A stretch of 64,000 nt of DNA from the human T2T-CHM13v2.0 reference genome, Homo sapiens. The notes under the pieces are model-generated. The model saw only the letters and a program-made list of their open reading frames with translations. It was not told where the DNA came from and did not search any database. The stretch is taken from assembly GCA_009914755.4 (NCBI GenBank), contig CP068257.2:34528001-34592000 (forward strand), given 5' to 3'. This document shows positions 1 to 14,320 of this stretch, in pieces (the stretch's first letter is position 1; every line of letters starts with the position of its first letter). The translations under genes were made by a program, and so were the position numbers.

Positions 1-191
1 GGGAATCTACAAATTTACTACCTCACCCATCTCTCAGCGAATCCCTGAGAAAGGGAGCCCCCCCTGTCACTGATGGAGGTGTGTTCTTCCCCTTGGGAGA
101 ATAGGGCCAAAAAAATTAAATCCCATGGGTGCATAGATTTTATGCCTTCTATAGTCACATTTTTAATCTTTTTTTAAATTTGATTATTACT

Positions 192-487
192 TTTTGAGAA
201 AGGGTCTCATTCGTGTCACCCAGGCTGGAGTGTAGTGGAGTGTAGTGGTGTGATCATGGCTCACTGCAATCTCTACTTCCTGGATTCAGGTGATCCTCTT
301 ACCTCAGCTTCCTGAGTAGCTGAGACCACAGGCACACGCCACCACACCCAGCTAATTTTTCTATTGTTAGTAGAGACAGAGTTTTGCCACGTTGCCCAGG
401 CTGGTCTTGAACTCCTGGGTTCAAGTGATCCACTCCTCTCAGCCTCCCAAAGTGCTGGGATTACAGATATAAGCCACAGCATCCAGC
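192..487 (-). mobile_element. Alu SINE (reverse orientation)
   Basis: T-run then GAGA..GTCTC..CCCAGGCTGGAGTG..GCTCACTGCAA, ending ..GCCACAGCATCCAGCC; dimeric Alu body. Confidence 0.9.
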
Positions 488-526
488 CACTTTTTTGTTT
501 TTAATCAGCAATTAAACCTACACAAT

Positions 527-844
<318 letters not shown>

Positions 845-925
845 TCAATCATATGTTTGGTATATTATTCAACCAGTGGTTGTACCTCTGTGATATGCTT
901 TCATATATTTATCGTTCTGTTTCAG

Positions 926-1362
926 GGAGAGTGGTGAATATCAGTAGTTTGCAGTGTTTAAGGGCTTTTGAAAACTGCAGTGAAGATCTGCAGGAAAGGT
1001 TCCACAGTGAGACACTCACAGAAGGAGACCTGGTGGATCTCATGAAAAAGTTTGTGGAGGACACAAAAAATGAGGTGCATGAGAGGGAAGGCTGGCCCAA
1101 CTCACCTTATGGGGTGTCCAAGTTGGGGGTCACGGTCTTATCGAGGATCCTGGCCAGGCGTCTGGATGAGAAGAGGAAAGCTGACAGGATTCTGGTGAAT
1201 GCGTGCTGCCCAGGACCAGTGAAGACAGACATGGATGGGAAAGACAGCATCAGGACTGTGGAGGAGGGGGCTGAGACCCCTGTCTACTTGGCCCTCTTGC
1301 CTCCAGATGCCACTGAGCCACAAGGCCAGTTGGTCCATGACAAAGTTGTGCAAAACTGGTAA
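926..1362 (+). CDS. CBR3: Carbonyl reductase [NADPH] 3, terminal coding exon (C-terminal 145 aa; split Gly codon at the 5' end)
   Basis: Acceptor ..tctgtttcAG|GGAGAGTG. Translation GRVVNISSLQCLRAFENCSEDLQERFHSETLTEGDLVDLMKKFVEDTKNEVHEREGWPNSPYGVSKLGVTVLSRILARRLDEKRKADRILVNACCPGPVKTDMDGKDSIRTVEEGAETPVYLALLPPDATEPQGQLVHDKVVQNW*. This is an SDR-family carbonyl reductase C-terminus. The EREGWPNSPYGVSKLGVTVLSRILARRL and GQLVHDKVVQNW segments match CBR3 rather than CBR1 (recalled, not searched). Stop TAA at 1360-1362. Confidence 0.85.
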
Positions 1363-1387
1363 ACGTCTGCTTCGGAGCTTGCTGCTT

Positions 1388-1393
1388 AATAAA
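1388..1393 (+). terminator. CBR3: Polyadenylation signal AATAAA for CBR3 (short 3' UTR, cleavage expected ~1405-1420)
   Basis: gctgcttAATAAAtgttggtgg, 26 nt downstream of the stop codon. Confidence 0.6.
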
Positions 1394-1433
1394 TGTTGGT
1401 GGAATGAATGAATGAATTGATGCTGTGGTTTGA

Positions 1434-2100
<667 letters not shown>

Positions 2101-2414
2101 TAAGAATCTCCCTGGGAGAAACGTGTCTAGTTCTGGAATCTGGAGCTGAACAACATTGCTATGCCCAACTCTTCAGCCTGAGAGGGAGAAGAACATAGTC
2201 TCAAATTTTAGTGGGCATCGGGACCACCTGGAGGGCTGATTAAGCCAGATTGCCGGTTCCACTCCCCACACCAATTCACTTCATTTCTAACAAGTTCTCA
2301 GGTGGTGCTGACACTGCTGGTGCTGGGACTGCACTTAGAACCACTGGTGTAGCAAGTGGTTTCAGAACTATGGAGCCATTTTCTAGCTGTTCCTTGCTGT
2401 TTCCAGTTTTTTGA

Positions 2415-2826
<412 letters not shown>

Positions 2827-3061
2827 TAGCAGAGCTTGAAGGACTCAGGAGGAATATCTTCTTTAACTGGGACATGATTTCTTCTAGATTTTTCAGCTGG
2901 GTTTTGCATTCTGCATTCCTTCCCAGAATGTTTACGAGGTTGCCCAGCCACCGCAACTGTATCTCTTTACTGAAACTCATGCAGATGTCTTCTCCTTAAC
3001 CTATGCACACTCCCTGTGAACTACAGCCCAGGGTGATTCTTCAGTAACTCCCTAAGCCTTT

Positions 3062-3388
3062 TTTTTTTTTTTTAATTTGAGACAGTGTCTTGCTTTGTTG
3101 CCCAGGCTAGAGTGCAGTGGCACGATCATGGGTTACTGCAGCCTCGACCTCCAGGGCAAGAGACTTCCATGACTAAAACCTCAAGTGATCCTCCCACCTC
3201 AGCCTCCTAAGTAGCTGGGACTACAGGCATGTGCCATCATGCCCAAATAATTTAATTTTTGGTAGAGACAGGGTCTCACTATGTTGCCCAGGTTGGTCTA
3301 GCACTCCTGAACTAAAGTGATCCTCGCTCCTTTGCCTCTCAAAACGCTGGGATTCCAGACATGAGCCACCGCACCCACCCTCTTTCAT
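3062..3388 (-). mobile_element. Alu SINE (reverse, with small internal insertion)
   Basis: T-run, GAGACAGTGTCTTGCTTTGTTGCCCAGGCTAGAGTGCAGTGG ... GCACCCACCC. Confidence 0.85.
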
Positions 3389-3390
3389 AA

Positions 3391-3682
<292 letters not shown>

Positions 3683-3911
3683 CCTCTTTTATAATCATTA
3701 TGACAATAGGTGAGTTCACATTCTCTGCTTTCAAATGGGATTGGTTTTGCAACAGGCCTCCTGGCTTCTGGTTACACCTTGTAGAAAAAAGTCTTGGAGA
3801 GCAAGGAGTCTTCTGAAATAGAAGAAATGTACGCGCAAAGGCTTGCAAGAGTGTCAAGGCTTCGGCAAGAAGGCTAATCACACAAAAAAATTCAGTGGAA
3901 TTTACATTCCG

Positions 3912-4210
3912 GCTGGCCACAGTGGCTCAAGTCTCTGATCCCAGCACTTTGGGAGGCTGAGGCAGGAGGATCACCTGAGGTCAGGTGTTTGAAACCAGCC
4001 TGGGCAACACAGCAGGCCTCCATGTCTGCAAACAAATCAAACAAAACTTAGCCAGACATGGTGGCACACACCTGTAGTCCTAGCTACTTGGTAGGCTAAG
4101 GTGGAAGGATCAGTTGAACCCAGGAGTTCAAGGCTGCAGTGAGCTATGGTCGTGCCACTGCACTGCAGCATTCTGGGTGACACAGCCAGACCCTGTCTCT
4201 ACTTAAAAAG
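3912..4210 (+). mobile_element. Alu SINE
   Basis: GGCTGGCCACAGTGGCTCAAGTCTCTGATCCCAGCACTTTGGGAGGC ... A-rich tail. Confidence 0.85.
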
Positions 4211-4650
4211 AAAACGAATCCATTGAAAGATGGAAAAAAAACAAAGGGAAATAACTACAAATTTGCCAAGGTTACCAAGTTTATGATAGGCTGCTCACTG
4301 TGTGAAATTAGAAATGTTGTCACTTGATTATCAAACCCACAAATGTCACATCATATCCCCTGACATAGGTAAGCACTGCAGTCATAAGAGATAATGCTGT
4401 TTTTCCTTAGGGAATCAGTAAAGTATGGGAATGCTCAAGTTTCTTTTATTTGGGGGAACTGAACTGCACAGGATGACCTGGTTATTTCTGGTTCATCACA
4501 GTATGTAGCTATTTGTTTTTCTTAACTCTCTGATTTACAATGGCAGCACCTCAAAGTGTCAGTTTAACTCTCACAGCCTGCACCCACTTTTTCATCCACT
4601 TGGGGTAGGGGGAAGTCTGAATCCCACCTAGACTGCATTTAACATCTTGA

Positions 4651-4938
4651 GGCCAGATGGAGTGGCTCATGCCTATAATCCCAGCATTTTGGGAGGCCAA
4701 GGCAGGCGGGTTGCTTGAGCCCAGAAGTTTGAGACCAGCCTGGACAACATAGCGAGACCCCTCTCTACAAAAATTCAAAAAGATCAGGCAGACGAGGTGC
4801 ACACCTGTAGTCCCAGCTACTCAGAGGCTGAGGTTGGGAGGATCACTTCAACCTGGGAGGTCAAGGCTGCAGTGAGCCATGATTGCGCCACTGCACTTCA
4901 GCCTGAGTGACAGGACAAGACCCTGTCTCAAAAAAAAG
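4651..4938 (+). mobile_element. Alu SINE
   Basis: GGCCAGATGGAGTGGCTCATGCCTATAATCCCAGCATTTTGGGAGGCC ... A8 tail. Confidence 0.85.
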
Positions 4939-5687
4939 CCTAAAACAACAACAAAAACTTCCTTTAGCCTATTTGTATGTCACTGATTAAATCCAACATG
5001 CTCTTATGGTATTCATCTCAGGCTACAGCTCCTAAGACATTTTAATGTCTCCTTTCCTGGCTCTAAAAACAATTTAATGGCTTTCAATCAGCTTCCCGAG
5101 TATCTTTTGTACTCTCGCCTCCCTCTGCAGCCAAACTCCAGTCCTGCTAATGCCGGGCAATAGCCCAGGAACCACAGAGCACTTCAGGCTCTGCCTGACA
5201 AAGTTACAGACAGGAAGTTCAGAAGAAATGAGCCAGTCCCTTTTATTTCTTCTTCCTCTTTTGTCTCTAACCAATCCTTTTTGGATAAGTGTGTAACCCA
5301 CTTCCTCTTTTGTCTCTAGCCAATCCTTTTAGGATAAGCATGTAGCTCATTTGGATGACCCTTAACTGTCAACTGCTGGTCAGAATGACATTTCTCATTC
5401 TTAGAGAAGGGCTGCCATTAGCCCTTATTGGATGGTCTGCCCAGCACCCTCTTCCAAAATATGATCTCCTGCCCTCCCCTGCCCCCTGCTTCCTTCCCAT
5501 GTTTGCAGCTGCAGCTGCCACAAGGTGACCTTGCCTCTGTTGACTGCTCCAGCTATAGGTTTTTCCTCTAAAAAGAACCAGCTGGATTGGATCAGAGTTG
5601 TTACTGTGCATCTCACCCCCTGTGCCTGAGGAGCAGAGGGAGCCAGCCATTGCCAGAGAAAGAGGCCAACCATCAAGAGGAGCATTT

Positions 5688-5995
5688 AAGCCAGGTGTGG
5701 TGGCTCCTGCCAGCACAATCCCAGCACTTTGGGAAATCAAGGCAGGTGGATGGCTTGCGCTCATGAGTTTGAGAACAGCCTGGGTAACATGGTGATACCC
5801 TGTCTCTACAGAATAATACAAAAATTAGCCAGGTGTGGCAGTACATGCCTGTAGTCCCAGCTACTTGGGGAGCTGGGGCAGGAGGATTGCTTGAGCCTGG
5901 GAGGTGTTTACAGTGAGCCGTGTTTGTATCAGTACACTCCAGCCTGGATGACAAAGCGAGACCCTGTCTTGGGGAAAAAAAAAAAAAAAAAAAAA
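5688..5995 (+). mobile_element. Alu SINE
   Basis: AGCCAGGTGTGGTGGCTCCTGCC ... A-rich tail 5968-5995. Confidence 0.85.
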
Positions 5996-6886
5996 AGAAA
6001 AGAAGTGGCCCAAAGAGAAACTCCCTTCCCTGTCCTCAGATCATTCCTGAAATCTTGAATTCTCAGAGATGCTCCAAGATACCCTTGTATCCTTAAAATA
6101 TATTTTCTTTTTCATAAGCTATATTGAATTGGGTAGTTGTTGCTTGCAATCAAAAGGAACCTAACTAATAGAAGTGCATTAACATGTTTTATAGTATTGT
6201 GAAAGGAAAATAAATCTTGGGGCCCCAAAATCACTAAGCTAAAGGGAAGAGTTAAGCTGGGAACTGCTTAGGGCAAACTTGCCTTCCATTCTATTCAAAG
6301 TCACCACTCTGCTCACTGAGATAAATGCATATCTGATTGCCTCATTTGGAGAGGCTCATCAGAAACTCAAAAGAATGCAACCATTTTTCTCTTACCTACC
6401 TATGACCTGGAAGTCCCCTCCAGGCTTCCAGCTGTCCTGCCTTCACCTGGAGCTGTCCCACCTTTCTGGATTGGCCCAATGTACATCTTACACATATTGA
6501 TTGATGTCTCATGTCTCCCTAAAATGTATAAAACCAAGCTGTGCCCTGACCACCTTGGGCAGAAGTTGTCAGAACCTTCTGAGGCTGTGTCATGGTTGCC
6601 CATCCTCAACCTTGGCAAAATAAACTTTCTAAATTAACTGAGACCTGCCTCCGATGTTGGGGGTTCACCCTATGCTGTAGGAAAAAAAACAATTGGGCTT
6701 GGAATCAAAAGGAGAAAAAAATCATGAATTGAGAACCTATGGCAAATTAGACCATATGTCCTGCTTAATGCTTTCCCAACATGGTTTTAGGTAATTCTGA
6801 CTATAGTCCTTTGCCTTAGTTCATTTTGTGTTACTATAATGGAATATCACAAACTAGGTAATTTATAAAGAAAGTAAATTTGCCTG

Positions 6887-7188
6887 TGCACAGTAGCTCA
6901 TGCCAATAATCCTATAACTTTGGGAAGCCAAAGTGGGAGCATCACTTAAGGCCAGGAGTTCAATGCCAGCCTGGGCAACATAGAGAAACCCTATCTCTAC
7001 AAAAAATAAAAATTGACCAAGTGTGATCATGCTCACCTTTAGTTCTACCTACTTGTTAAGTTGAGGTGGGAGTATCACTTGTGCCCAGGAGTTTATGGCT
7101 GCAGTGAGCTATGATCATGCCACTTCACTCCAGCCTAAGCAACAGAGACTCTGTCACTTGTCTCAAAAAAAAAAAAAAAAAAAAAGTA
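6887..7188 (+). mobile_element. Alu SINE (older, divergent)
   Basis: GCACAGTAGCTCATGCCAATAATCCTATAACTTTGGGAAGCC ... A20 tail. Confidence 0.8.
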
Positions 7189-7811
7189 AGTTTATTTCTC
7201 ACAATTCTGGAGGCTGGGAAGTCCAAAAGCATGGCACTAGCATCTGGCAAGGGCCTGCTTGTGTGTTCTACCATGGCAGAAGGCAGAAGGGCAAGAGAAT
7301 GCTCACAAGGTGCAAACTAAACTCATCCTTCTATCAGGAATCCACTCCCCTGATAAAGGTATTAATCCATTTATGAGGGCAGAGTCTTCACTCATGATCT
7401 TAAAGGTTCCACTTTGCAACACTGTTGCCTTGGGGATTATGTTTCTAACACATGACTTTAGGGGACACATTGAAACCACTGCATCCTTTAAGGTAGGAAT
7501 CAATGTCATATTTGTCATATTTCGAACGAAGAAATAAAGGTTTGGAGAGGTTAATTAACTTGCCCAAGATCTCAGAGCTAAAGCCAGGATCATATCTAGG
7601 ACTGACTACAAAGTCCTGTGGTCTCCAGTGCTTGGCAGGTCCAGCTTCACTGATGAGTCTAGAGAGTAGTAACTCTCTTGGTGTAAGAACTAAGGGAGAT
7701 GATACATTAAATCTAAGTGTAAATTAGATTATGCTTAAAGTATAAGTCATATGGTTATTATTAATAGATCCCCAAGTTAGCCTATATGTGAACTTTTCCA
7801 TAGAGAAATGA

Positions 7812-8108
<297 letters not shown>

Positions 8109-8117
8109 TGAAACATT

Positions 8118-8293
<176 letters not shown>

Positions 8294-8646
8294 TAGACTG
8301 TTGCATGTGTGGTACACCCACATACAATATCAGCTTTAGACTCAACCCTTTGACTTTGCCTTCACCTACTGAACAGCAACAAGGATTGTGACAGACCAAG
8401 AATCTGAAGAAGGATGCAGTGTGGAGACGAAACAGGTGTCAATGACAAAGGTTTAGTTGTTATTTCAAGTCAACTGCAAAGTGGATGCGGTATCAAGTAC
8501 AGAAACTGCACAGGACTTCTCCACTAAGAACATGGGGAGGGCAAAGGGAATGGATGTTTTGAGAAAGGAGGCAGAAGCCAACAGAGAACAGTGGTTATTA
8601 CCAAGATGGGTGGAGTAGAAGTTAGTTTATAGAAGACATTGGCTTA

Positions 8647-8977
<331 letters not shown>

Positions 8978-9229
8978 TCACCAATATCTGCATATCAAAA
9001 CTAAGAATGAATTTACTTGGCCAATCTCTCTACTGGGTGATCAGCCTGAGCCAGATAATGCAGTGGGTTCTGATTTATAATGCCTTCTTTACTGTCAAGA
9101 GGGGTAAGGATTAAAGTTCCGGTTTAAATTAAAGTTGAAATGCTTTACTTGGTTTGAGTATTATTATGAAAGGACCCTGACCGTTTCTGCATGTCTTAAA
9201 CTGATGAAAGTAGCTAAGTAGACTTTTAA

Positions 9230-9683
<454 letters not shown>

Positions 9684-9904
9684 TGAGTTTTTTAAATTAT
9701 GATTTACAAATGAATTTGTCAAAATTAAATTAAACCCCCCCACACGCACACACACCTGGAATCCTTTACAGATAGGTGGTATATGAATACAAGGCACAGA
9801 TTGTATGTGCATGGTGGCTTTGGCACAAACAGACTACTTCTTTTTTCAATGTTAAGTGTAAAGCAGTTCTTTCATCTCTGTTCAGTGCAGTGTTGAGTGT
9901 GACT

Positions 9905-10075
9905 AGGATTTGAAGAACCTAAAAAAAAAAAACTCACCTGCTTGCCATCTTCTTGTTTTTTTTTTTGTTGTTTTTTGGTTTTTGCTGGTTTTGTTTGCTG
10001 CTTTTGTAAAACCAGTTTATCATATTCTCATTAGGAAATCAATTTTCATGAAATTAATTTTTTTTCCTGCTAACT
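9905..10075. repeat. A/T-rich low-complexity tract (A11, T-rich GTTTT/GCTTTT runs)
   Basis: aaaaaaaaaaactcacc...cttgtttttttttttgttgttttttggtttttgctggttttgtttgctgcttttg. Confidence 0.7.
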
Positions 10076-10682
10076 ATGGCTCAATCTTTTCGTTTCTCTC
10101 TGCTTCTATCTTAAGACCATTCCTCAAATTGACCATGAGAGGATTTACATCTGGGGCACTTGGTATATGCCAAATGGAGACAAAATCAGAATCAGCAGCC
10201 TGGCTGGGCCACAGGTCCAGCATCCCAAGCTATTAAAATATTCTTAGTGTTTCCAGGGAAGTGATAGATCCACTTTGGAAGCTGATAATATACCCCTCCC
10301 CTAGAAACATGCATATACACAAAGTGTTCTAAACAACTTCCAGGTGCTCATGACCTCCCCCACCTCCCAAGCTCATTGACCACTGCCTCGCCTTCACGAA
10401 CTCCAGACCTGGTCTGAACATTTCTAAAGGACGCTCGGGAGTTAAAAGGAGCGAGGCCACTGCAGAAATGACAGCCTTCATCCACAAGTGGCCCACTTCG
10501 GGTTGGCTGGAGCCACAGCTGGGTGGGGACAGGGCCTGTGCTCAGGTGAGCACTGCCTACCGCGCACCCTCCAGGTGCGTCCTACCCTGAAGCGGTCGGA
10601 CTGGACCGTCTAGGTCCCAGCGCTCGAGAGGATGGCAGGCAGGGGCTGGTGATTGTCTGGAGATATGAATGCTTTCTAAGGT

Positions 10683-10690
10683 TGACGTCA
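10683..10690. promoter_or_regulatory. Perfect palindromic cAMP-response element TGACGTCA
   Basis: ggtTGACGTCAaggtc inside the CpG island, ~1 kb upstream of the exon 1 donor. A CACGTG E-box lies 26 bp downstream at 10716-10721. Confidence 0.4.
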
Positions 10691-11240
10691 AGGTCTCCTT
10701 CCTGAGCCACAGTCCACGTGATAAGCTCTGTCCAGGTAGAAATGATCTCACCTCTCCTGTCGCCCAGGGTCGGAAACCTGAGGCCCGTGCGGGCTGGGGC
10801 AACTTAGCGGGGGTCCCAAGCCCGCCGCGCCCCCTGCGCCCCAAACGTGTGTGGAGGGCTTGGACGTGGTCCAGAGGGAAAAGATGGGGTGAACCAGGTG
10901 CCGCGCACCCTTCGAGGAGCCCCCGCTTCTCCGTTTCTGTGAGTGACTCCAAAGCACCTCCGAGGGCCGACACACGCGCGGACGACCTTGGGCGGGCACT
11001 GACCAATGTCCCCTTCCACTCGGTTGTGTCGGGGGTCCCCAGGTGAGGCGCGAACGCCGCCCCGCTCACCTGTACGAGGCCTTTCCCGGAGCAGCCCGGC
11101 TACGAAGCGACACCCATGGCGGAGAAGCTAAGGAAGACTCCCGCTCCCTCACACCGCGGCTGAGGCGACTGAACCGCCCCAGTACGCCGGGGCCCTCCCC
11201 AAGCCCTGCTCCCAAGCCGAAGCCCCGCCCCCGCGTCTAA

Positions 11241-11640
11241 GGCCCACCTCCAGGCCCCGCCCCTGACCCCGACTCCGTGAGTCAAGCCTGGCCTTTCAGT
11301 CCAGCCCAGCCCGTCGAGGCCCCGCCCCTGTTGTTATGGCCCGCCTCCAGGCACCGCCCTTGATCCCACCTTCATGAGTCAGGCCCCGCCTTCCAGCCCA
11401 GCCCGGCCAGTCGAGGCCCCGCCCCTGTAGGTACAGCCCACTTCCAGGCCCCGCCCTTGATCCCGCCTCCTTCGGTCAGGCCCCGTCTTCTAGTTCCGCC
11501 CCGCCCGCGGAAACCCCGCCCCCGCGCGCCTATGGCCCACCTCCAGGTCCCGCCCCTGAGCCCGCCTCCAGGCGTCCAGCCCCGCCTTCCAGCCCCGCCC
11601 CAAGCGCCGAGGCCCGGCTTCCAGGCTCCGCCCCGACCCG
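11241..11640. repeat. Tandem array of ~98-bp GC-box (CCCCGCCCC) units, 4 full + 1 partial copies
   Basis: Units start with GGCCCACCTCCAGGCCCCGCCCCTGA at 11241, 11338, ~11436 and 11534. Each unit carries 2-4 CCGCCC/CCCCGCCCC motifs, >12 Sp1-type GC boxes in total. The 6-frame track shows the periodicity as repeated GGAWKWA/GGTWRWA peptide motifs in ORF 11372..12097(-). Confidence 0.8.
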
Positions 11641-11649
11641 CGCGGTGGG

Positions 11650-11796
11650 GAAGAGCCGCTGCCGCTGGTTCTCCGGCTCTTCCTCGGCGGTTCTGGCTCC
11701 CGGCCGCGCCGCAGCCCTGCCCAGTCTCTCTCCCGCAGCCCGGAGGGCTCCTCCGCGCCGCACGTGAGCGCGCCCGCCAACAGGGCCACTGCCGCG
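11650..11796 (+). other. DOP1B: Putative non-coding exon 1 (5' UTR) of DOP1B; TSS position uncertain
   Basis: Strong donor ..gccactgccGCG|GTAAGTcgtg at 11796/11797 immediately downstream of the GC-box array. An in-frame TGA at 19574 in exon 2 precedes the ATG, so exon 1 is non-coding. The 5' boundary is not determinable from sequence. Confidence 0.45.
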
Positions 11797-12811
11797 GTAA
11801 GTCGTGCCTGCGCCCTGTCCGGCGTCCAGTCCTCAGCCGCTGGGCGAAGCCGGAGGAGCCGGGCGTCTCCTCCCCGCCGGCCCGCGGGTCCTTCTCCGGG
11901 TCCAGAGGGCTTGGGCGGCGCCGTGGGGCGGCCCGGGGTGCAGGTGGCTTACCGGCGCGCGGCCCGGGCCTGTGGCGCGCTCTGCTGCAGTGCGGGGGCG
12001 GAGAGCTCGGGGCCGGAGACCGGGAGGGCAGCGGGGAGACTGGGTGGGGTCCCCTAGGGTTACCCGACCCTGGCGCGGAGGATATGATGCCGGCCACGCC
12101 CTCGCCGAGCGGGGCGGCAGGTGCAGGTCCAGGGGTGGGTCGCGGCCCGCGCGCCCTCCCGGGGCCGGCCCACGACGAGACGCTCAGCCTTTGTTTGCTG
12201 GTGCCCTGGCTGGGGAGGAGGCTGGGGACGCAGACCTGTGAGAACTGAGGGCTTTCCTCGTTGGGGAAGACCCCAGTCTTCCAGCCAGTCCCCAGGAGAA
12301 GGGATCCGGGCCGCAGTGCGCGCTCTGCCAGCCTGGCCCCTGCGCCCTGCAGGGTTCCCGGCTGCTCGCGGGGACTGTTACCCGCAGTGTTGCCTTACAC
12401 TCGCGACTGCAGCCCCACAATTGGGAAGACTTTGCTAGGATTTTTTTGGTAAGGCGAGGGAAGACCGTCCCCCCGGCCCCACAAGTCTGCTGCCATTAGG
12501 TGGCTTAAATTTTTTCCAGTACAATTTAATTGCCACTTTGAAAGACCACATTCAAAACAGCGTGTCCCAGAGTTGATTAAGCCCATTGGTGATGAGTGTT
12601 TCTGTGCTGTGGACTAAGGATCATTATCAATTTTATTACTAATAGTACATATCTGTTATCTGTTGCTAAATGTTTTTGCTTATGTGGTAGGGTCACTGTC
12701 CTCATTTTCATCGAACTGAGAAATGTTCCTTCATACAGACATATTTACAGTGAACTTTTTTGGGATCTGGCAGTTGGTTTTTCTCTTGAACTTGTTTTTT
12801 TCTTTTTCTAA

Positions 12812-12950
12812 ATTATTATTATTATTATTATTTTAAGACGAAGGTCTCATTATGTTGCCCAGTCTGGTCTCAAACTCCTGGGCTCAAGCAATCCTTCCAC
12901 CTCGGCCTCTTAAAGTGCTGGGATTACAGGTATGAGCCACAGTGCCCAAC
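12812..12950 (-). mobile_element. Alu monomer fragment (reverse) preceded by (ATT)7
   Basis: attattattattattattatt + GACGAAGGTCTCATTATGTTGCCCAGTCTGGTCTCAAACTCCTGGGCTCAAGC ... CACAGTGCCCAACC. Confidence 0.7.
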
Positions 12951-13377
12951 CCTGAATTTGATTTTCTATGAAATTAAAAATGGGTAAAGAGAGAGATTTC
13001 TTGCTGACATTTTCGATTTTAAGGTATCTGAGCAGATACACTTCTTGTGTGATTATTTCTTTCTGTGTCTAGTTATTTATAGCCTGTGTAACTGTCGGTT
13101 TTACTGAACTCTTCAATCTCTCACAGGAGACATATCCAGGATAGATTGCAAGATCATTGGCAAAAGAGCTATTTGAGAACTGAACCAATAATTTTATCAG
13201 TAGCATAATGTAGTGGAGACCTGTACTATCTCACTGACCTGAGCTCGAATCTGGTTCTGCTAGCTGCTGGGTGTGTGACCTGGGCAATTTTCCGAATGGC
13301 CTGACTTCTAATATCCTCATCTTGGGCCTAATACCCATCTCACAGGACTCGTGTATTGCAGTAAAGAAATGCATGCA

Positions 13378-14029
<652 letters not shown>

Positions 14030-14030
<1 letters not shown>

Positions 14031-14320
14031 GCGCAGTGGCTTATGCCTGTAATCCCAGTACTTTGGGAGGCCAAGGTGGGTGGATCACTTGAGGTTGGGT
14101 GTTCGAGACCAGCCTGACCAACATGGAGAAACCCCATCTCTACTAAAAATACAAAATTAGCCGGGCTTGGTGGCACATGCCTGTAATCCCAGGTACTCAG
14201 GAGGCTGAGGCAGGAGAATCGCTTGAACTCAGGAGGTGGAGGTTGTGGTGAGTTGAGATCGCGCCATTGCACTCCAGCCTGGTCAACAAGAGCGAAACTC
14301 CATCTCAAAAAAAAAGAAGA
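14030..14320 (+). mobile_element. Alu SINE
   Basis: GGGCGCAGTGGCTTATGCCTGTAATCCCAGTACTTTGGGAGGCCAAGG ... A-tail. Confidence 0.9.

Larger units (their letters stand above)
10430..12480. promoter_or_regulatory. DOP1B: CpG island / promoter region of DOP1B (DOPEY2)
   Basis: ~2 kb of dense, unmethylated-type CpG and high GC, bounded by AT-rich DNA. Contains many GC boxes, two CACGTG E-boxes and a palindromic CRE. Exon 1 donor GCG|GTAAGT at 11796. The first coding exon is 7.8 kb downstream. Confidence 0.8.

Noticed and set aside
5369-5821. A 150-aa ORF on the minus strand.
   Set aside because: The N-terminal third is Alu-derived. The remainder is low-complexity with no recognisable domain and sits in an intergenic position between CBR3 and DOP1B. 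There is no splice or promoter context.
10430-11200. A possible divergent or antisense transcript from the upstream half of the 2-kb CpG island.
   Set aside because: This is plausible for a large island, but nothing in the sequence (no donor or ORF consistency) lets me place an exon. I cannot reconstruct the CBR3-AS1 lncRNA's coordinates from memory.
11372-12248. Long ORFs in the CpG island: 241 aa on the - strand at 11372..12097, 263 aa on the + strand at 11457..12248, and others.
   Set aside because: They are Pro/Arg/Gly/Ala-rich, overlap each other on both strands, and carry the 98-bp repeat periodicity. They are open frames from stop-codon-poor GC-rich DNA, not genes.
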